A stretch of DNA of 51,690 nt, taken from positions 1 to 51,690 of the IMG/VR virus record IMGVR_UViG_3300037692_000175; one strand, written 5' to 3'. The DNA is from a virus. Lineage: Duplodnaviria; Caudoviricetes. The position numbers and the translations under genes are program-made. Below, in pieces: positions 1 through 10,520 of the stretch; the first letter of the stretch is position 1, and every line of letters starts with the position of its first letter. The notes beneath the pieces are model-generated. The model did no database searches, was not told the origin of the DNA, and was given only the letters and a program-made list of their open reading frames with translations.

Positions 1-2
1 CT

Positions 3-74
3 CAGTGGTCAACGGAAACACTGGGAGTCAAGACGGGGATCTTCCAAGAACAACCGCCATTGCCCGAGTATTAG
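3..74 (+). CDS. 3' end of an upstream gene (partial; ...QWSTETLGVKTGIFQEQPPLPEY*)
   Basis: Open frame from the window edge ending in TAG at 72-74, directly abutting the ATG at 75. Confidence 0.5.
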   Translation, partial: QWSTETLGVKTGIFQEQPPLPEY

Positions 75-920
75 ATGATCATCACTGAGCCTACTCTAGC
101 GTTTGAGACGATGTACGCGCAGTGGGCTGTAGATACGACCTCTGCCGCGTCTTCGGTGTCTCCTGCCTACGAGGTGGCCGAACTCTCCGTAGAGACGACC
201 CCATGGCTGCGGCTCCTACTGGTAGCGGATGTAGACCCACCGACCTTTGCATCTCCGCTCCCGGCGCCCTCCTCGACAGGCAATGTTGAGACGTCTCTCG
301 TGTCGGTGTCGATCGTAGATACTGCTGGCTTGGTGACTTCAGGGGCGGTGCTCTCCTCAATCAATATGACGATTGGGGGGCTACAGGCCATCAATGGTGG
401 GAACATCCTTCCAGGGTTCGATGGGCCAGGGAGCTCGATCACACCTAATATCCCGAACAAGGGATTCGACATCGTCATCGAGAAGACGACTCCTTACCCA
501 GAGTATGCTGTCATCCCAGTCTACATCGAGGCGGGAGACTCCTCCGGAAACATTGGGTCTACGACGTGGAGCTGGCAGGTAGTTGATTACCTTGGTCCAC
601 TCATCACTCCTATATCTCCCACGAATGGAGAAGTTGAGGTTGATGTCGGCGCGACGATCGTGGTGAAGGTGACGGATGCTCAAGCCATCAACCCCGGTTG
701 GATGATCGAGGTCCGTAGGGAGGCTGTGTTCGAGACGGCATATATCCAGGGGGCTAGTCCAGAGATCCAATCAGGGTTTGATGGACCGGCGTCTTCTGTG
801 GTGTCCTCTTCCGTAGAGGTAGTCGTCACGTTAGATCCCATAGACGACTTCTTGCTGTCCTCCAGAATCTATGTTCGTGTGACAGCTCAAGATCCTGATG
901 GGAATACGGAGCGGCTGTAG
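75..920 (+). CDS. Virion structural protein with Ig-like domain(s)
   Basis: 281 aa, beta-rich; GPLITPISPTNGEVEVDVGATIVV...Y.V.V.A.D.DGN resembles an Ig-like (Big_5/SbsA-type) module; internal repeat GFDGP; lies in tail gene block. Confidence 0.6.
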   Translation: MIITEPTLAFETMYAQWAVDTTSAASSVSPAYEVAELSVETTPWLRLLLVADVDPPTFASPLPAPSSTGNVETSLVSVSIVDTAGLVTSGAVLSSINMTIGGLQAINGGNILPGFDGPGSSITPNIPNKGFDIVIEKTTPYPEYAVIPVYIEAGDSSGNIGSTTWSWQVVDYLGPLITPISPTNGEVEVDVGATIVVKVTDAQAINPGWMIEVRREAVFETAYIQGASPEIQSGFDGPASSVVSSSVEVVVTLDPIDDFLLSSRIYVRVTAQDPDGNTERL

Positions 921-3900
921 TGGCTACCACTTACTCATTCCTCACTACGCTAGGATTTCCGGTTACAGAAGACTGGAACTGTTTGAACTTGGGCGAAGCA
1001 AACATGCCCAACGTTCTCCTCATCCCTGGTGTGACAGCGTCCCGAGGAACCCCGTGGTTCGTGGCCGATAGTGACAACGACATGAACGTCATGAGCAATG
1101 ACGGCGTCGGTAGTGTCATGTCAGTCTCTCTCAACGTCAGCCAGACGTTTACTTTCGAAACGACTTTCAGACCAATCACACTTCCAACGAATTTGAAGGA
1201 TCTCTCTGCCCAGAGACTGTTCATCGCCATGTTCGATGAACAGGACAATGCTGGTGGGGTTCTGCTATCCAAGAGTGGTCTGGCCATCGTTTCCTCTTTT
1301 GGGAACACCGTGTTGCCTATCTCCGGTAGCCAGCACCTCATCCTAGAAGGCACAGATTACTACACGTTGAGGATGGTGGTGGATGGATCCAACAATGTGA
1401 TGGATCTCTACATCACCAAGACTGACGATGTAGCATCTAGCGGGCACGTTCTTCGGTACACAACTGCGGCACCCATTACACCCGCCACTCGAGCTGATTC
1501 GGTTCGCATCGAGGTTGTTGGACAGCCTTCTAATCCTGTTCAGATCAATTTTTCTACCCTCCGCTGTAACTGTAGCGCCCTGTTGATTCCCAACAAGCGG
1601 CCTGTGGCAGATACAGGCACCGACCAGACGGCTGTACTCGGGTCTATTGTTGCAACGGATGGAACAGAAAGCTTCGACCCGGAAGGAGAGCAGCTCTCCT
1701 ACCTTTGGTCCCTACTGTCAGCTCCCACGGGATCCGCACACAGGTTGGATGGAGATGCTGGGTTTACGATAGATGATGGGGATGGAGATGGATTCACGAC
1801 CATCCTTGAACAGTCTGGGGATCCATGGAGTGAAACGAACGCACCAAGTCTACAGCCGGGTGACATATTGGTCATGGGAAATGTCCAGTACGTCGTGTCA
1901 GATTTGGACTGGGTGTACAATCCCCTCACGGGCACATTCTCTAGGGTTGGTGGATTCGACGGTTCCAAGCTCAGGGTTGCAGAAGACAGCATCCCAGACA
2001 GTCTGACTGGATCAGACTGGACCCTTTACTTTCAGTCCACGTTCTGGAATGACCGAACGTCTCCTCTTCCCTCGTGTATTCCAGACACAGTGGGGCTCTA
2101 CACTACGCAGCTCGTGGTCAATGATGGCCTGTTGGATAGCCTGCCCGCAGAAGGGCTGATCAATATCTCAGAGTCCAACGTGCCTTATGGTTGCGTGCCG
2201 GACGTCAACTTCATCTGGGATTACCTGTCCGACGCCTGGGATCTCTATGATGACCGAGACCCCATCACTACGATCTGGTCTGGGTTTGCTCAGGTCGCCT
2301 CGAACATCTTGCTGACTGCTTGGCAGTACGACTACAGCAAGAGCCTCGTGGACGTCCAGCGTCTCTTTCAGAGGCGGTGGCTCAACTACCAGACGAAGGT
2401 CACGGAAGACGCCCTGGACAGAGAAGACCAGGTGACCAAGTTTTACCGGGGACCCATCGTCAGCAAAGACTTGACGGCTGGTGCGACCTTCGTTGGCACA
2501 GAGACACTCATCCTGTCTCGAGACGGCGGGGCAGATGTGACGGTCAGTCTGATGGGCACCATGTCCGTCGACGAGATCGTAGTGGCTATCAACGCAGCGT
2601 TGGGTGAGTCATCTGCGACTGTGAAGACGGCTCGGAAGGCGACCGAGTCCGCAGTGGACTATTTGGTCCTGTCCTACCCCACGTTGATCGTGGTGCATAA
2701 GGAAGGTACGGCCAACTCCACGTTGGGGTTCAGCACTACGGAGGATACCCAGAACAGCTTCTCTGGTGACCTGGGTGTAAGAGATCCATCTATCGCCACG
2801 GCTTTCGGGATAACAGACCCACTGATCTCTTTCTCAGGTATCGCCAAAGACGATCTTCTTGTGTTCGGTGGGTATGGGTATCGCGTCTCAAAGCAGGTAG
2901 ACGAGACGCACATCACTACTCAGGACAGTATGGTCATCCCACAGGCCCCAACGCTGCCTACGTGGGAGGTGTCGTCGTCGGTCAAGGTCCCAACCACGGA
3001 CTACTCTACGGAGCTCGTGGTTGCTGGTGACATCGCTGTGTTCGAGGTCAGGACCTCGAGCTCGGATGAGGTGGTGGAAGTTCCTTGTCAAGTGACTGGC
3101 GCCAATGGAAACGTGCTTGGATTCGATCCGCGCCTGTTGTATGAGGCGACGTTGGGTCAGCTAGGTGGTTTCGAGATCACACTGCTGTACGTGCGGCGCG
3201 TGTCGAACATTCCTGTGGACGACCTGGTATCTCACATCCCGAGGCTACAGGAGATCATTCTAGATCCCCCGTCCGTGTTGTCGAGAAACAAGGAGTTCTC
3301 CATCTCGGTGGACGCGAATGGGCACAACGCCATCAGGTTTGTCAGCGGGGTGTACTCGTTTGACAACCCACCACCGGATTACCTGTGGGCGGAGGTTACC
3401 TGGTTCGATAATCGCCCCACCATCGAGAACAACTTCGGCAAAGCAGTTGGGCTCACTGTCGAAGATCTAGAGACGAGAAGTGATGATCTAGACTACCTGT
3501 CTGCTGTGCGCGGACTCTGGTACGCCTTCTTCAATGGACCATCACTGTGGAGCATCCAGGTAGGGACTCAAATCTTGCTTGGCCTCCCCTTCGCCGAAGA
3601 AGATGGGACAATAGAGGAGATCCACTTCACCTACAACGCCACTCAGATTCGGGTGCTGCTTAGAGACCGCAAAGACAGCACCATTGTTCGATCGTACTTC
3701 ATTCCCCGGAACGTTGCCTTTGAGGAAGACGGCGAGTCCATGATCGCCGTCAACCCGAACACAGGTGTGGAGTACGTGACGGGCGATTCTATCGACCAGT
3801 TCTCCCCTCTGTCGAAGGGTGTGGAGATACTGGATCTGATCAAGGACCCTGCTTGGTGGCAGAGGTACGTCAGCGGTGGAGCAACACTCGAGCTGGATAA

Positions 3901-4483
3901 GTTCTTCAAGTTCCTGATGCGGGCTGATATCGATGTCTTCAACATCACGAACCTCATGTTCGCCATAGACTTCGTAAAGAAGATCAAGCCGCACTACACC
4001 TACCCGCTCTTCGTGGTGTTGAAAAGACTAGCCCCAGACTTGATCAGTATGACCGATGTCATCACGATGAAGGGCACAAAGTACCTGTTCGATAACCCGG
4101 CTTGTGCCCAGCTCATCTTCGATGCTGGATCTGGTGGGACGTATCGGTTCGATGACACTGATGAATCCGGCGTCTTCAACTGGGCCTACGATGGGTCTCC
4201 CAACATCCCTGCTGCGTCTTCTGGCAAGCCAGAGTTCTTGTACGACAAGAAGAGGCTGGGGCCCGAGATGTACATCGTAGGAATCATGACCGGACCGTTT
4301 GTGGGTGGGTACTTTCCGATGGACTGGATTTGGGCTTTCGACGATGGTGGTGGAACGGACCTCATACCATTGGCAGGGCCTGCACCCACACCTCCCCCTC
4401 CACCGTATGGTCCTACGATCGGTACCGTGGTGTTCGATACGATCTATTCCGCTGGCTACTACACCCGTGGTAAGGTGCTCTAG
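920..4483 (+). CDS. Large baseplate/tail structural protein with PKD-like domain
   Basis: 1187 aa; GTG start overlaps previous stop; PVADTGTDQT...DGTESFDPEGEQLSYLWSL...LVVNDG is a PKD-like signature; C-terminal KKIKPHYT resembles baseplate wedge proteins. Confidence 0.65.
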   Translation: MATTYSFLTTLGFPVTEDWNCLNLGEANMPNVLLIPGVTASRGTPWFVADSDNDMNVMSNDGVGSVMSVSLNVSQTFTFETTFRPITLPTNLKDLSAQRLFIAMFDEQDNAGGVLLSKSGLAIVSSFGNTVLPISGSQHLILEGTDYYTLRMVVDGSNNVMDLYITKTDDVASSGHVLRYTTAAPITPATRADSVRIEVVGQPSNPVQINFSTLRCNCSALLIPNKRPVADTGTDQTAVLGSIVATDGTESFDPEGEQLSYLWSLLSAPTGSAHRLDGDAGFTIDDGDGDGFTTILEQSGDPWSETNAPSLQPGDILVMGNVQYVVSDLDWVYNPLTGTFSRVGGFDGSKLRVAEDSIPDSLTGSDWTLYFQSTFWNDRTSPLPSCIPDTVGLYTTQLVVNDGLLDSLPAEGLINISESNVPYGCVPDVNFIWDYLSDAWDLYDDRDPITTIWSGFAQVASNILLTAWQYDYSKSLVDVQRLFQRRWLNYQTKVTEDALDREDQVTKFYRGPIVSKDLTAGATFVGTETLILSRDGGADVTVSLMGTMSVDEIVVAINAALGESSATVKTARKATESAVDYLVLSYPTLIVVHKEGTANSTLGFSTTEDTQNSFSGDLGVRDPSIATAFGITDPLISFSGIAKDDLLVFGGYGYRVSKQVDETHITTQDSMVIPQAPTLPTWEVSSSVKVPTTDYSTELVVAGDIAVFEVRTSSSDEVVEVPCQVTGANGNVLGFDPRLLYEATLGQLGGFEITLLYVRRVSNIPVDDLVSHIPRLQEIILDPPSVLSRNKEFSISVDANGHNAIRFVSGVYSFDNPPPDYLWAEVTWFDNRPTIENNFGKAVGLTVEDLETRSDDLDYLSAVRGLWYAFFNGPSLWSIQVGTQILLGLPFAEEDGTIEEIHFTYNATQIRVLLRDRKDSTIVRSYFIPRNVAFEEDGESMIAVNPNTGVEYVTGDSIDQFSPLSKGVEILDLIKDPAWWQRYVSGGATLELDKFFKFLMRADIDVFNITNLMFAIDFVKKIKPHYTYPLFVVLKRLAPDLISMTDVITMKGTKYLFDNPACAQLIFDAGSGGTYRFDDTDESGVFNWAYDGSPNIPAASSGKPEFLYDKKRLGPEMYIVGIMTGPFVGGYFPMDWIWAFDDGGGTDLIPLAGPAPTPPPPPYGPTIGTVVFDTIYSAGYYTRGKVL

Positions 4484-4484
4484 C

Positions 4485-4513
4485 TTGCAAATGGTGGATC
4501 TGACTTCTAGAAT
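4485..4513 (+). promoter_or_regulatory. sigma70-like promoter
   Basis: TTGCAA (4485-4490), 17 nt, TAGAAT (4508-4513) in the gap before ATG 4531; GGAG RBS follows. Confidence 0.6.
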
Positions 4514-4530
4514 CGTCGGCGGAGAAGACC

Positions 4531-5241
4531 ATGCAGATTCGTGACTACCCACTCAAGCCAAACGGCCTGGTGATCCCTTCCAACGTGAAGGTCATTGTCA
4601 GGGAACGCGGCAAAATCGTTCGGCAACACTGCCGAGAAGACCACAACATCTGGGTAGATTTGGGACGAGAGTTCCTGGCACGAGTCATCGCCCCGAACAC
4701 GGGCCTCACAGATCACTACGCGGAGACGGGCCCGGGAGACCGTGAGTTCGTCAAGTACATGGGCGCTGGCATCGGTGGCGACTCCCAGGTGCACCCGGCA
4801 GCGTACACAACCCCTCTGTCGACGGACTATCCACCCGCGACAGGCACGGCTCCGGGCAGCGATGGCAACCAGTATTCAGACGAAGACCTGACCGTTCTGA
4901 CGCTCGAGCGTCCGGTCAAAATCAATTCCACCTCCCCGATCTGGTTGGGACAGGTGGTGACACCTGTGACCTTTCTCAACAGTGGTAGGACGTTGCGGGT
5001 GGACTACCTGTTCACCTCCGTGTCCATCAACAATGTCGGTCCGTACACTGTTGTCCCCCTGTCTGAGATCGCCTTGTTCTTGTCGACAGCGGACGCTGAT
5101 GTAGCGAACGTGTATGACACAGGGAACACCCCGTCGATGGTCGGCGCTGGTCGTCAAAGCATCTTGGCCTACAACACGATGGAACCGATCCCAAAGACGA
5201 TCGACTTCTCACTGGAGATCCAGTGGGAACTTAGGTTCTGA
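4531..5241 (+). CDS. Baseplate/tail-fibre-associated structural protein
   Basis: 236 aa; HNIWVDLGREFLA...EIALF...KTIDFSLEIQWELRF pattern is typical of phage baseplate/fibre adaptor proteins; precedes the tailspike. Confidence 0.55.
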   Translation: MQIRDYPLKPNGLVIPSNVKVIVRERGKIVRQHCREDHNIWVDLGREFLARVIAPNTGLTDHYAETGPGDREFVKYMGAGIGGDSQVHPAAYTTPLSTDYPPATGTAPGSDGNQYSDEDLTVLTLERPVKINSTSPIWLGQVVTPVTFLNSGRTLRVDYLFTSVSINNVGPYTVVPLSEIALFLSTADADVANVYDTGNTPSMVGAGRQSILAYNTMEPIPKTIDFSLEIQWELRF

Positions 5242-5252
5242 GGAGCACTGAT

Positions 5253-8200
5253 ATGTCGAATCTCCCGCATCCCCTCGGTGACTCCGTTGCTGGCGATCTG
5301 TTCTACCCGGGATCTCCCAGCGTCACAGTGGCTGACGTGGCCGGTGCTGCCGGTAGTCGTGCCGTAGAGTTCGGCGAGGATGGAACCTCGCTGGCCGTCA
5401 ACCGAGGACTCTACGCTCTCGGCAAGAACGACGAGTATATCCAAGATCGAATGGAGCGTCCCGTCGCCCGTATGGAATTCACTGCGTGGACTCCATCTGG
5501 CGGCAGTGGTGGGTCGTTCACGTTCACGGGACAGACGTTGTTCGTGGGAGATGCTTCCTATCTCCCCGAGTCCCAATCCATCCGTGATCGGTTGATCTCT
5601 GTCCTCGATGGTTCTTTCAACGAACTGTTGGACGCAACTACTGGTCATAAGGTCGTCCTCAAGTCTCTCCGCAACACACCAGACACGTTCAGCATCGTGG
5701 GCGACACCTCCGCAGCAGGCGGGGACGAGAATGGGTTCTACCCTGCTCCGATCGCTCGGTTCCAGTTGGTCAACTCGATGACCGGAGCAGTGGAGCTCGC
5801 CACGTACATCATCCCGGATGGTGTGAGTGTGGTCTTCGCCCACGCGATCAGCGGCACACTGGACTCACTTGGAACTTTGGGTTCCGAGTATCTCATGCGC
5901 GACGCGTGGGTGAAGGGGTCGATCCGCAATGCTCACGAGATCCACGCAGGAACCTTCCTGAAGGATGGGTCTCGAGCAGCGCAAGGGTCCTTCGATCTGG
6001 CAGGCAACAACGTCAACAACGTTGCTGACATCACAAACAGCACGGGCGTCCCTCTGGACGTCATTTCTGACAACGCGCTGACCCTCAAAGATCAACACCT
6101 CAGTGCTGGTGTGTCTTTGAGTGAGTCGGGTGAGACGAGTCTGGCTGGAGACCTAAGCAGTCTCGTCGGTGAACTCAACAGCAAGACACGCGGAGCTGTC
6201 GCGGCCTACGGTAACCGGTTCAGGAACCGCACGGGCAGCGTCACATTCACAGGCGCGACTGGTGCTGTGGCTTGGCCAACCTTGGACTTCATCAGGGATG
6301 GAGAGGCATTCACGCTAGCCAGTGGTAACCTGACAGCGACGGCCACCACGAATGAGTTCGTGGTGATCGACAGCTCCAACACGGTCATCAAACGTGCTGC
6401 AGCCAGTCTTCAAATAGGCGACATCCCGGTGGCGTACTACTACTGGGACGGTGCCACGACGTTTACCATTTCCACTGATATCCGGTGGGCCATGGACGCT
6501 AAGACGGGCGCCATGGAGATTACGGTTGGGGATACTCCTGGCTGCGACTTCCCGGCAAACGCAATGCAGCAGGCGGTAGATCTCGCCAGCTATGTGGGGT
6601 CCGTCTCTGCAACGGCTGACGTCCCAGGTTCCGTGGTGATCCGTGTCGTGGACAGCGCTACTTGGTCCACTGTACTCAACATCACGAGTCCTATCATCGT
6701 TCGTGGTGAGGGTGTTGCCCGAACGATCCTCACCAGTAGCTGTGGTGCGACGTCCCATGGCGTCAACTGCAACAGCAATCGTGTAACGTTCGAGGATCTC
6801 TCGTTGGTGAACGCTTCCGGTGCGTTGACGGGATCTTTCGGTGGTTTCTACAACGCGGGGGACAGTAGTGTCTTCCGTAATCTCACGGTGCAGTCCTATG
6901 GCACTGCGTGGGTATGGGACGTACTTACTGTTGGTGTGCTGATCGAAAAGTGTTTCGGCACGGGACTGACGCACTCGTTTATCTTGGGGGCATCCGCCAG
7001 TCTGCATACGCCATACTTGGCAGACTCCGTCATCCGCGATTGTGCCGCTGACTCCTTTGTGTCGGGTGCCAACAATGGCATCGTCGCCACGGGTGAGGGC
7101 AACAAGATCTTCAACTGCGACCTTTACGGAGGAGCAGGGAACACTCTCGACAACTTCGGCATCACGATCGGCGGCGCCTGTGTGGTCAGCGGTTGTACCA
7201 TTCAGATGGGTGGCGCTGGAGGAAATGGGGTGGGGCTGTACTACTACCCCGCAACAGGGACTCCGTCTCGTTCTCAGTTGTCGGTTGTGGAGAACTGCTC
7301 GTTCTCTGCCATGTTGGTTGGCGTCTGGTCGGACACCAACAGTGCTGGTACGAAATGGATGCTGGACGTCAAGAACTGCACGTTCCAAGACGTGGATGTC
7401 CCAGTTGATCTGACCTCTCTCGACACGTTCATTGGTCCGGAGTCGTCCTTTCGTTTCGTGGACAACTACACTTCGGGGTCCGTGGCGTCGATCATGAACC
7501 TATCCCTTGCCGGTTCCACTCTGCTTACCGCTTGGATCGAGCGTAACAAGTTCGATGACGTGACCGGAGACGGCATCGTCATGAATGCGTACGCGGGAGG
7601 ACACATCACGGGGAACATCTTCGAGGGGTACGGTTCTGCCGGGACCTACAGTGCCGCGATAGAGGCAGCAGTGTCTGTGGGCTCACTTGTGATTCGGGAC
7701 AACTACATTGGTAACGTAGGAGCCCCCGCAGCAAGCACACAGGTACGTTTATGGAGAAAGAGTATCGTCTCTGGGAACACCTTGATCGGTTCTTCTGCTG
7801 CGGCCACGGGCGTTGCAGTAAGAAGTTGGTTTCTCTTAGGCATCGATCTACCGGCCGCGCTAGAGTGTGATATCTCTGGCAACAACTTCAGTAGCCACGC
7901 GACCGCATGCATTTTGGTAGATCCGGGAACAGGATCCACCGCCAACAATGGATCACGTATTCGAGGAAACCACTTTCTCGCTGTTCCATCTGGGGGGGAC
8001 GCTGTCAAAGTGTACCAGTCTTCCTCCGTTATGATCTTGGACAACGAGTTCGGGCTCATGGAGGGTACGGCTGTCCTAGTGGATGGAACGGGGGCGGGGT
8101 ATGGCGATGCCACAACCATCAGAGGAAACACCTTCAATCTGGTTGAAGGAGATGGGTCCAACCAAGGGTTCATCGTCATCATCAAGGGCGCAACCGCTGC

Positions 8201-8885
8201 CTGTCAGAACTGTTCTGTAGATGGAAATACCTTCAACGGTTGTGGTTCTACGGACGATGCAGTCATTGGCACCTCGTACCAGGCAGTCATCTTCGTTTCT
8301 GCAACCGCGACGGGGACGCAGGTTCAGAACAACTCGATCAACGGGTTGACGGGAACCAGCACGTCGACCAACAACAGCGATTCCTCTTATGGAATCTATG
8401 TACTGGCTGCGGGATGCCTGGTTGCCAACAACAAGGTCTACAAGGACTTTGCGGTCGCCACTACGAATGCTGACACTGTGATTGGCATCTTTGTGAATGG
8501 GATCGATTGTCAGGTTGTTGGGAACCATGTCACGTTCACTGGAACCCAGGGTGGTGCAAATCAATCTGGGACCATCTACGGAATACAGTGCACCTCTACC
8601 GGCAGCCTGATCAACGGGAACATGGTTCGTGGTTCATGGGTCGTGTCTGGTTCCCCGACGAGCGCCGGGATGAACGTCATTGGGGATGACTGCGCCATCA
8701 CAGGGAACATAGTCTCTGGATCCCTGGCCTCAGATCACAGTCTGCTTTGCAGTGGGACAGGCGGTGTAGTCATTGGAAACGTTGGAGGCGGGTCTGCCAA
8801 GATCAATTGGGGCACGACAGGCACCAACTTGCCTTCCCTAGCAACATACCAAGATATGAACGTTTCCGCCCTCGGACACGCATAG
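5253..8885 (+). CDS. Tailspike/tail fibre with right-handed parallel beta-helix (putative receptor-binding protein or depolymerase)
   Basis: 1210 aa; many PbH1-like repeats (I.GN.F, V.NN.I, ISGNNF) over the C-terminal ~700 aa; GAGGAG RBS. Confidence 0.8.
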   Translation: MSNLPHPLGDSVAGDLFYPGSPSVTVADVAGAAGSRAVEFGEDGTSLAVNRGLYALGKNDEYIQDRMERPVARMEFTAWTPSGGSGGSFTFTGQTLFVGDASYLPESQSIRDRLISVLDGSFNELLDATTGHKVVLKSLRNTPDTFSIVGDTSAAGGDENGFYPAPIARFQLVNSMTGAVELATYIIPDGVSVVFAHAISGTLDSLGTLGSEYLMRDAWVKGSIRNAHEIHAGTFLKDGSRAAQGSFDLAGNNVNNVADITNSTGVPLDVISDNALTLKDQHLSAGVSLSESGETSLAGDLSSLVGELNSKTRGAVAAYGNRFRNRTGSVTFTGATGAVAWPTLDFIRDGEAFTLASGNLTATATTNEFVVIDSSNTVIKRAAASLQIGDIPVAYYYWDGATTFTISTDIRWAMDAKTGAMEITVGDTPGCDFPANAMQQAVDLASYVGSVSATADVPGSVVIRVVDSATWSTVLNITSPIIVRGEGVARTILTSSCGATSHGVNCNSNRVTFEDLSLVNASGALTGSFGGFYNAGDSSVFRNLTVQSYGTAWVWDVLTVGVLIEKCFGTGLTHSFILGASASLHTPYLADSVIRDCAADSFVSGANNGIVATGEGNKIFNCDLYGGAGNTLDNFGITIGGACVVSGCTIQMGGAGGNGVGLYYYPATGTPSRSQLSVVENCSFSAMLVGVWSDTNSAGTKWMLDVKNCTFQDVDVPVDLTSLDTFIGPESSFRFVDNYTSGSVASIMNLSLAGSTLLTAWIERNKFDDVTGDGIVMNAYAGGHITGNIFEGYGSAGTYSAAIEAAVSVGSLVIRDNYIGNVGAPAASTQVRLWRKSIVSGNTLIGSSAAATGVAVRSWFLLGIDLPAALECDISGNNFSSHATACILVDPGTGSTANNGSRIRGNHFLAVPSGGDAVKVYQSSSVMILDNEFGLMEGTAVLVDGTGAGYGDATTIRGNTFNLVEGDGSNQGFIVIIKGATAACQNCSVDGNTFNGCGSTDDAVIGTSYQAVIFVSATATGTQVQNNSINGLTGTSTSTNNSDSSYGIYVLAAGCLVANNKVYKDFAVATTNADTVIGIFVNGIDCQVVGNHVTFTGTQGGANQSGTIYGIQCTSTGSLINGNMVRGSWVVSGSPTSAGMNVIGDDCAITGNIVSGSLASDHSLLCSGTGGVVIGNVGGGSAKINWGTTGTNLPSLATYQDMNVSALGHA

Positions 8886-8894
8886 GAGTCTTCG

Positions 8895-9350
8895 ATGACC
8901 AAGATCTTGAACGTATTGGCGAGCTGGCAAGTGCTTTTGCTCGCACTGACGTCCTTCATCATCCTCGGCCTCTTTCGGAAGATGTTGGTGAAGAAGGACG
9001 ATGCGGGAAACATCGTGGGTGGTCTGGCGAATCACAGGCTGTTCAAGATGTTCTTGCCACTCTACCCGTACGGCATCTGTCTTGGACTCGTGTTCACTCC
9101 CGGTGTCCCTCTTCCCGCTGAGCTTGGCGCGACGTTCATGGCCAAGTTCCTCTACGCCATCTGGTGTGGTTGGTTCAGTGACAAGTCGTACCAGGTCATC
9201 AAGTCTATTCTGGAGAAGGGGTTCAATTTCCGATTCGATGGGCAGCCCGTTGCTCCCCCAGTCGTACCGGGAAACCCGGCCCCGCCCACAGTTGAGCCCG
9301 TGTCAAACCCCGCCGACATCGACGTTACCCCCAAGCCCCCACAGGTGTGA
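8895..9350 (+). CDS. Membrane protein, holin-like
   Basis: 151 aa with about three hydrophobic segments and a Pro-rich tail; follows the tail genes; AGGAG RBS. Confidence 0.5.
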   Translation: MTKILNVLASWQVLLLALTSFIILGLFRKMLVKKDDAGNIVGGLANHRLFKMFLPLYPYGICLGLVFTPGVPLPAELGATFMAKFLYAIWCGWFSDKSYQVIKSILEKGFNFRFDGQPVAPPVVPGNPAPPTVEPVSNPADIDVTPKPPQV

Positions 9351-9351
9351 C

Positions 9352-9675
9352 GTGCTGACAGCATGGACATGGGTGAAGGCTCACTGGAAGTGGGTCGTGT
9401 TTCCAGTGGGCATCCTGCTCGCTGCCTTGACCATCCTCGGGTGGTTGATGGGTGCGCAAAAGGACGATCCCATCTCTGGTACGACTGACGAGTCTGCTCA
9501 GAAGATGTTGGAAGACATCTTCAGTGCAGGCAATGAGCGAGAGGCTGCCTTGGCCGATCTAGAGAGGCAGAACGCTGCAAAGATCGCAGTTATGTCAGAA
9601 GAGCAACGAGCTGAGTACGCTGCGGTGAAAGCAAAGCCCATCGAAGAGGTGGCCTCATGGATCGACAAACTGTAG
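9352..9675 (+). CDS. N-terminally anchored coiled-coil membrane protein (spanin-like)
   Basis: GTG at 9352 just after the previous stop; hydrophobic segment WVVFPVGILLAALTILGWLM followed by a helical charged region. Start trimmed from the 9001 ORF call. Confidence 0.5.
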   Translation: MLTAWTWVKAHWKWVVFPVGILLAALTILGWLMGAQKDDPISGTTDESAQKMLEDIFSAGNEREAALADLERQNAAKIAVMSEEQRAEYAAVKAKPIEEVASWIDKL

Positions 9676-10520
9676 GTTCGTTCTTCAATGAGCTTGAGAA
9701 GATCGCCGAGAGTGCCGACTACGTCGATGACCTCGAGGCCCCTCCTGTCGGCTCTGTCATGCAGTACCTCCGTGCAGCTCACGGCATGGGGAAGAGGTCG
9801 AGCTGGGAAGACATTGGTCCAGATCCTTCACCGAACGTAGCTTGGATACCGCCCGGTAAGTCCAAGCGAGCTTCGATCTCTTTCAGGCAAGACGTTCCTT
9901 CTGGAGAACAACCACTTACGAGTGATCAGCTACGTGGCATTATTCGTAATGCCACAAAAAGTCCCAAGTTCCGTGCACACATGAGTGGACTGGCTGAAGA
10001 GATCAGGTCGCGCAAACAAAAAAAATGGGAGGAGAAGGGTCCTATCAAGAGAACTTTGACCCGTCTGGGGATAGGCACGCCCCCTCCCAAGGAGAAGTTG
10101 TCTGTGGCCATACCAGCAATCCAACACACCTTCATTACGGGGATGCCTGGATCTGGTAAGACAACGGCAGCCCATCGTCTTGAGAGAAGGACGGGCATCC
10201 CCGTATTGCATGGAGATGATCTCCCCCCTGATAAATCTGGCAGGCCAGGTACGAGTGCGTTGAAACTCGCGTTGAAGAGCCTCAAGACACCTCACATCAT
10301 CGAGGGTGTGCAGGTAATGGGGTTGCGTCCAAAAGACGTGTCCGGTCATAAGGTCCAGATCATAGAACCATCCAGGCAAATCATCGTAGGCAGGCTCGTT
10401 CGTCGTGGCTGGAAGCCGGAAGATGACAATAAGGTCCAGTATGACAAGCACAGAGCTGGCGCCCTGTACGATGAGATGACTGGGAACCTGGCTGCGTTCA
10501 AGAATCGGATCAAGGCGTGA
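9657..10520 (+). CDS. P-loop (nucleotide kinase-like) protein with FFNELEKIA leader
   Basis: Walker A ITGMPGSGKTT, then LHGDD and IIEG as in NMP-kinase-like proteins; shared N-terminal leader. Confidence 0.6.
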   Translation: MDRQTVGSFFNELEKIAESADYVDDLEAPPVGSVMQYLRAAHGMGKRSSWEDIGPDPSPNVAWIPPGKSKRASISFRQDVPSGEQPLTSDQLRGIIRNATKSPKFRAHMSGLAEEIRSRKQKKWEEKGPIKRTLTRLGIGTPPPKEKLSVAIPAIQHTFITGMPGSGKTTAAHRLERRTGIPVLHGDDLPPDKSGRPGTSALKLALKSLKTPHIIEGVQVMGLRPKDVSGHKVQIIEPSRQIIVGRLVRRGWKPEDDNKVQYDKHRAGALYDEMTGNLAAFKNRIKA

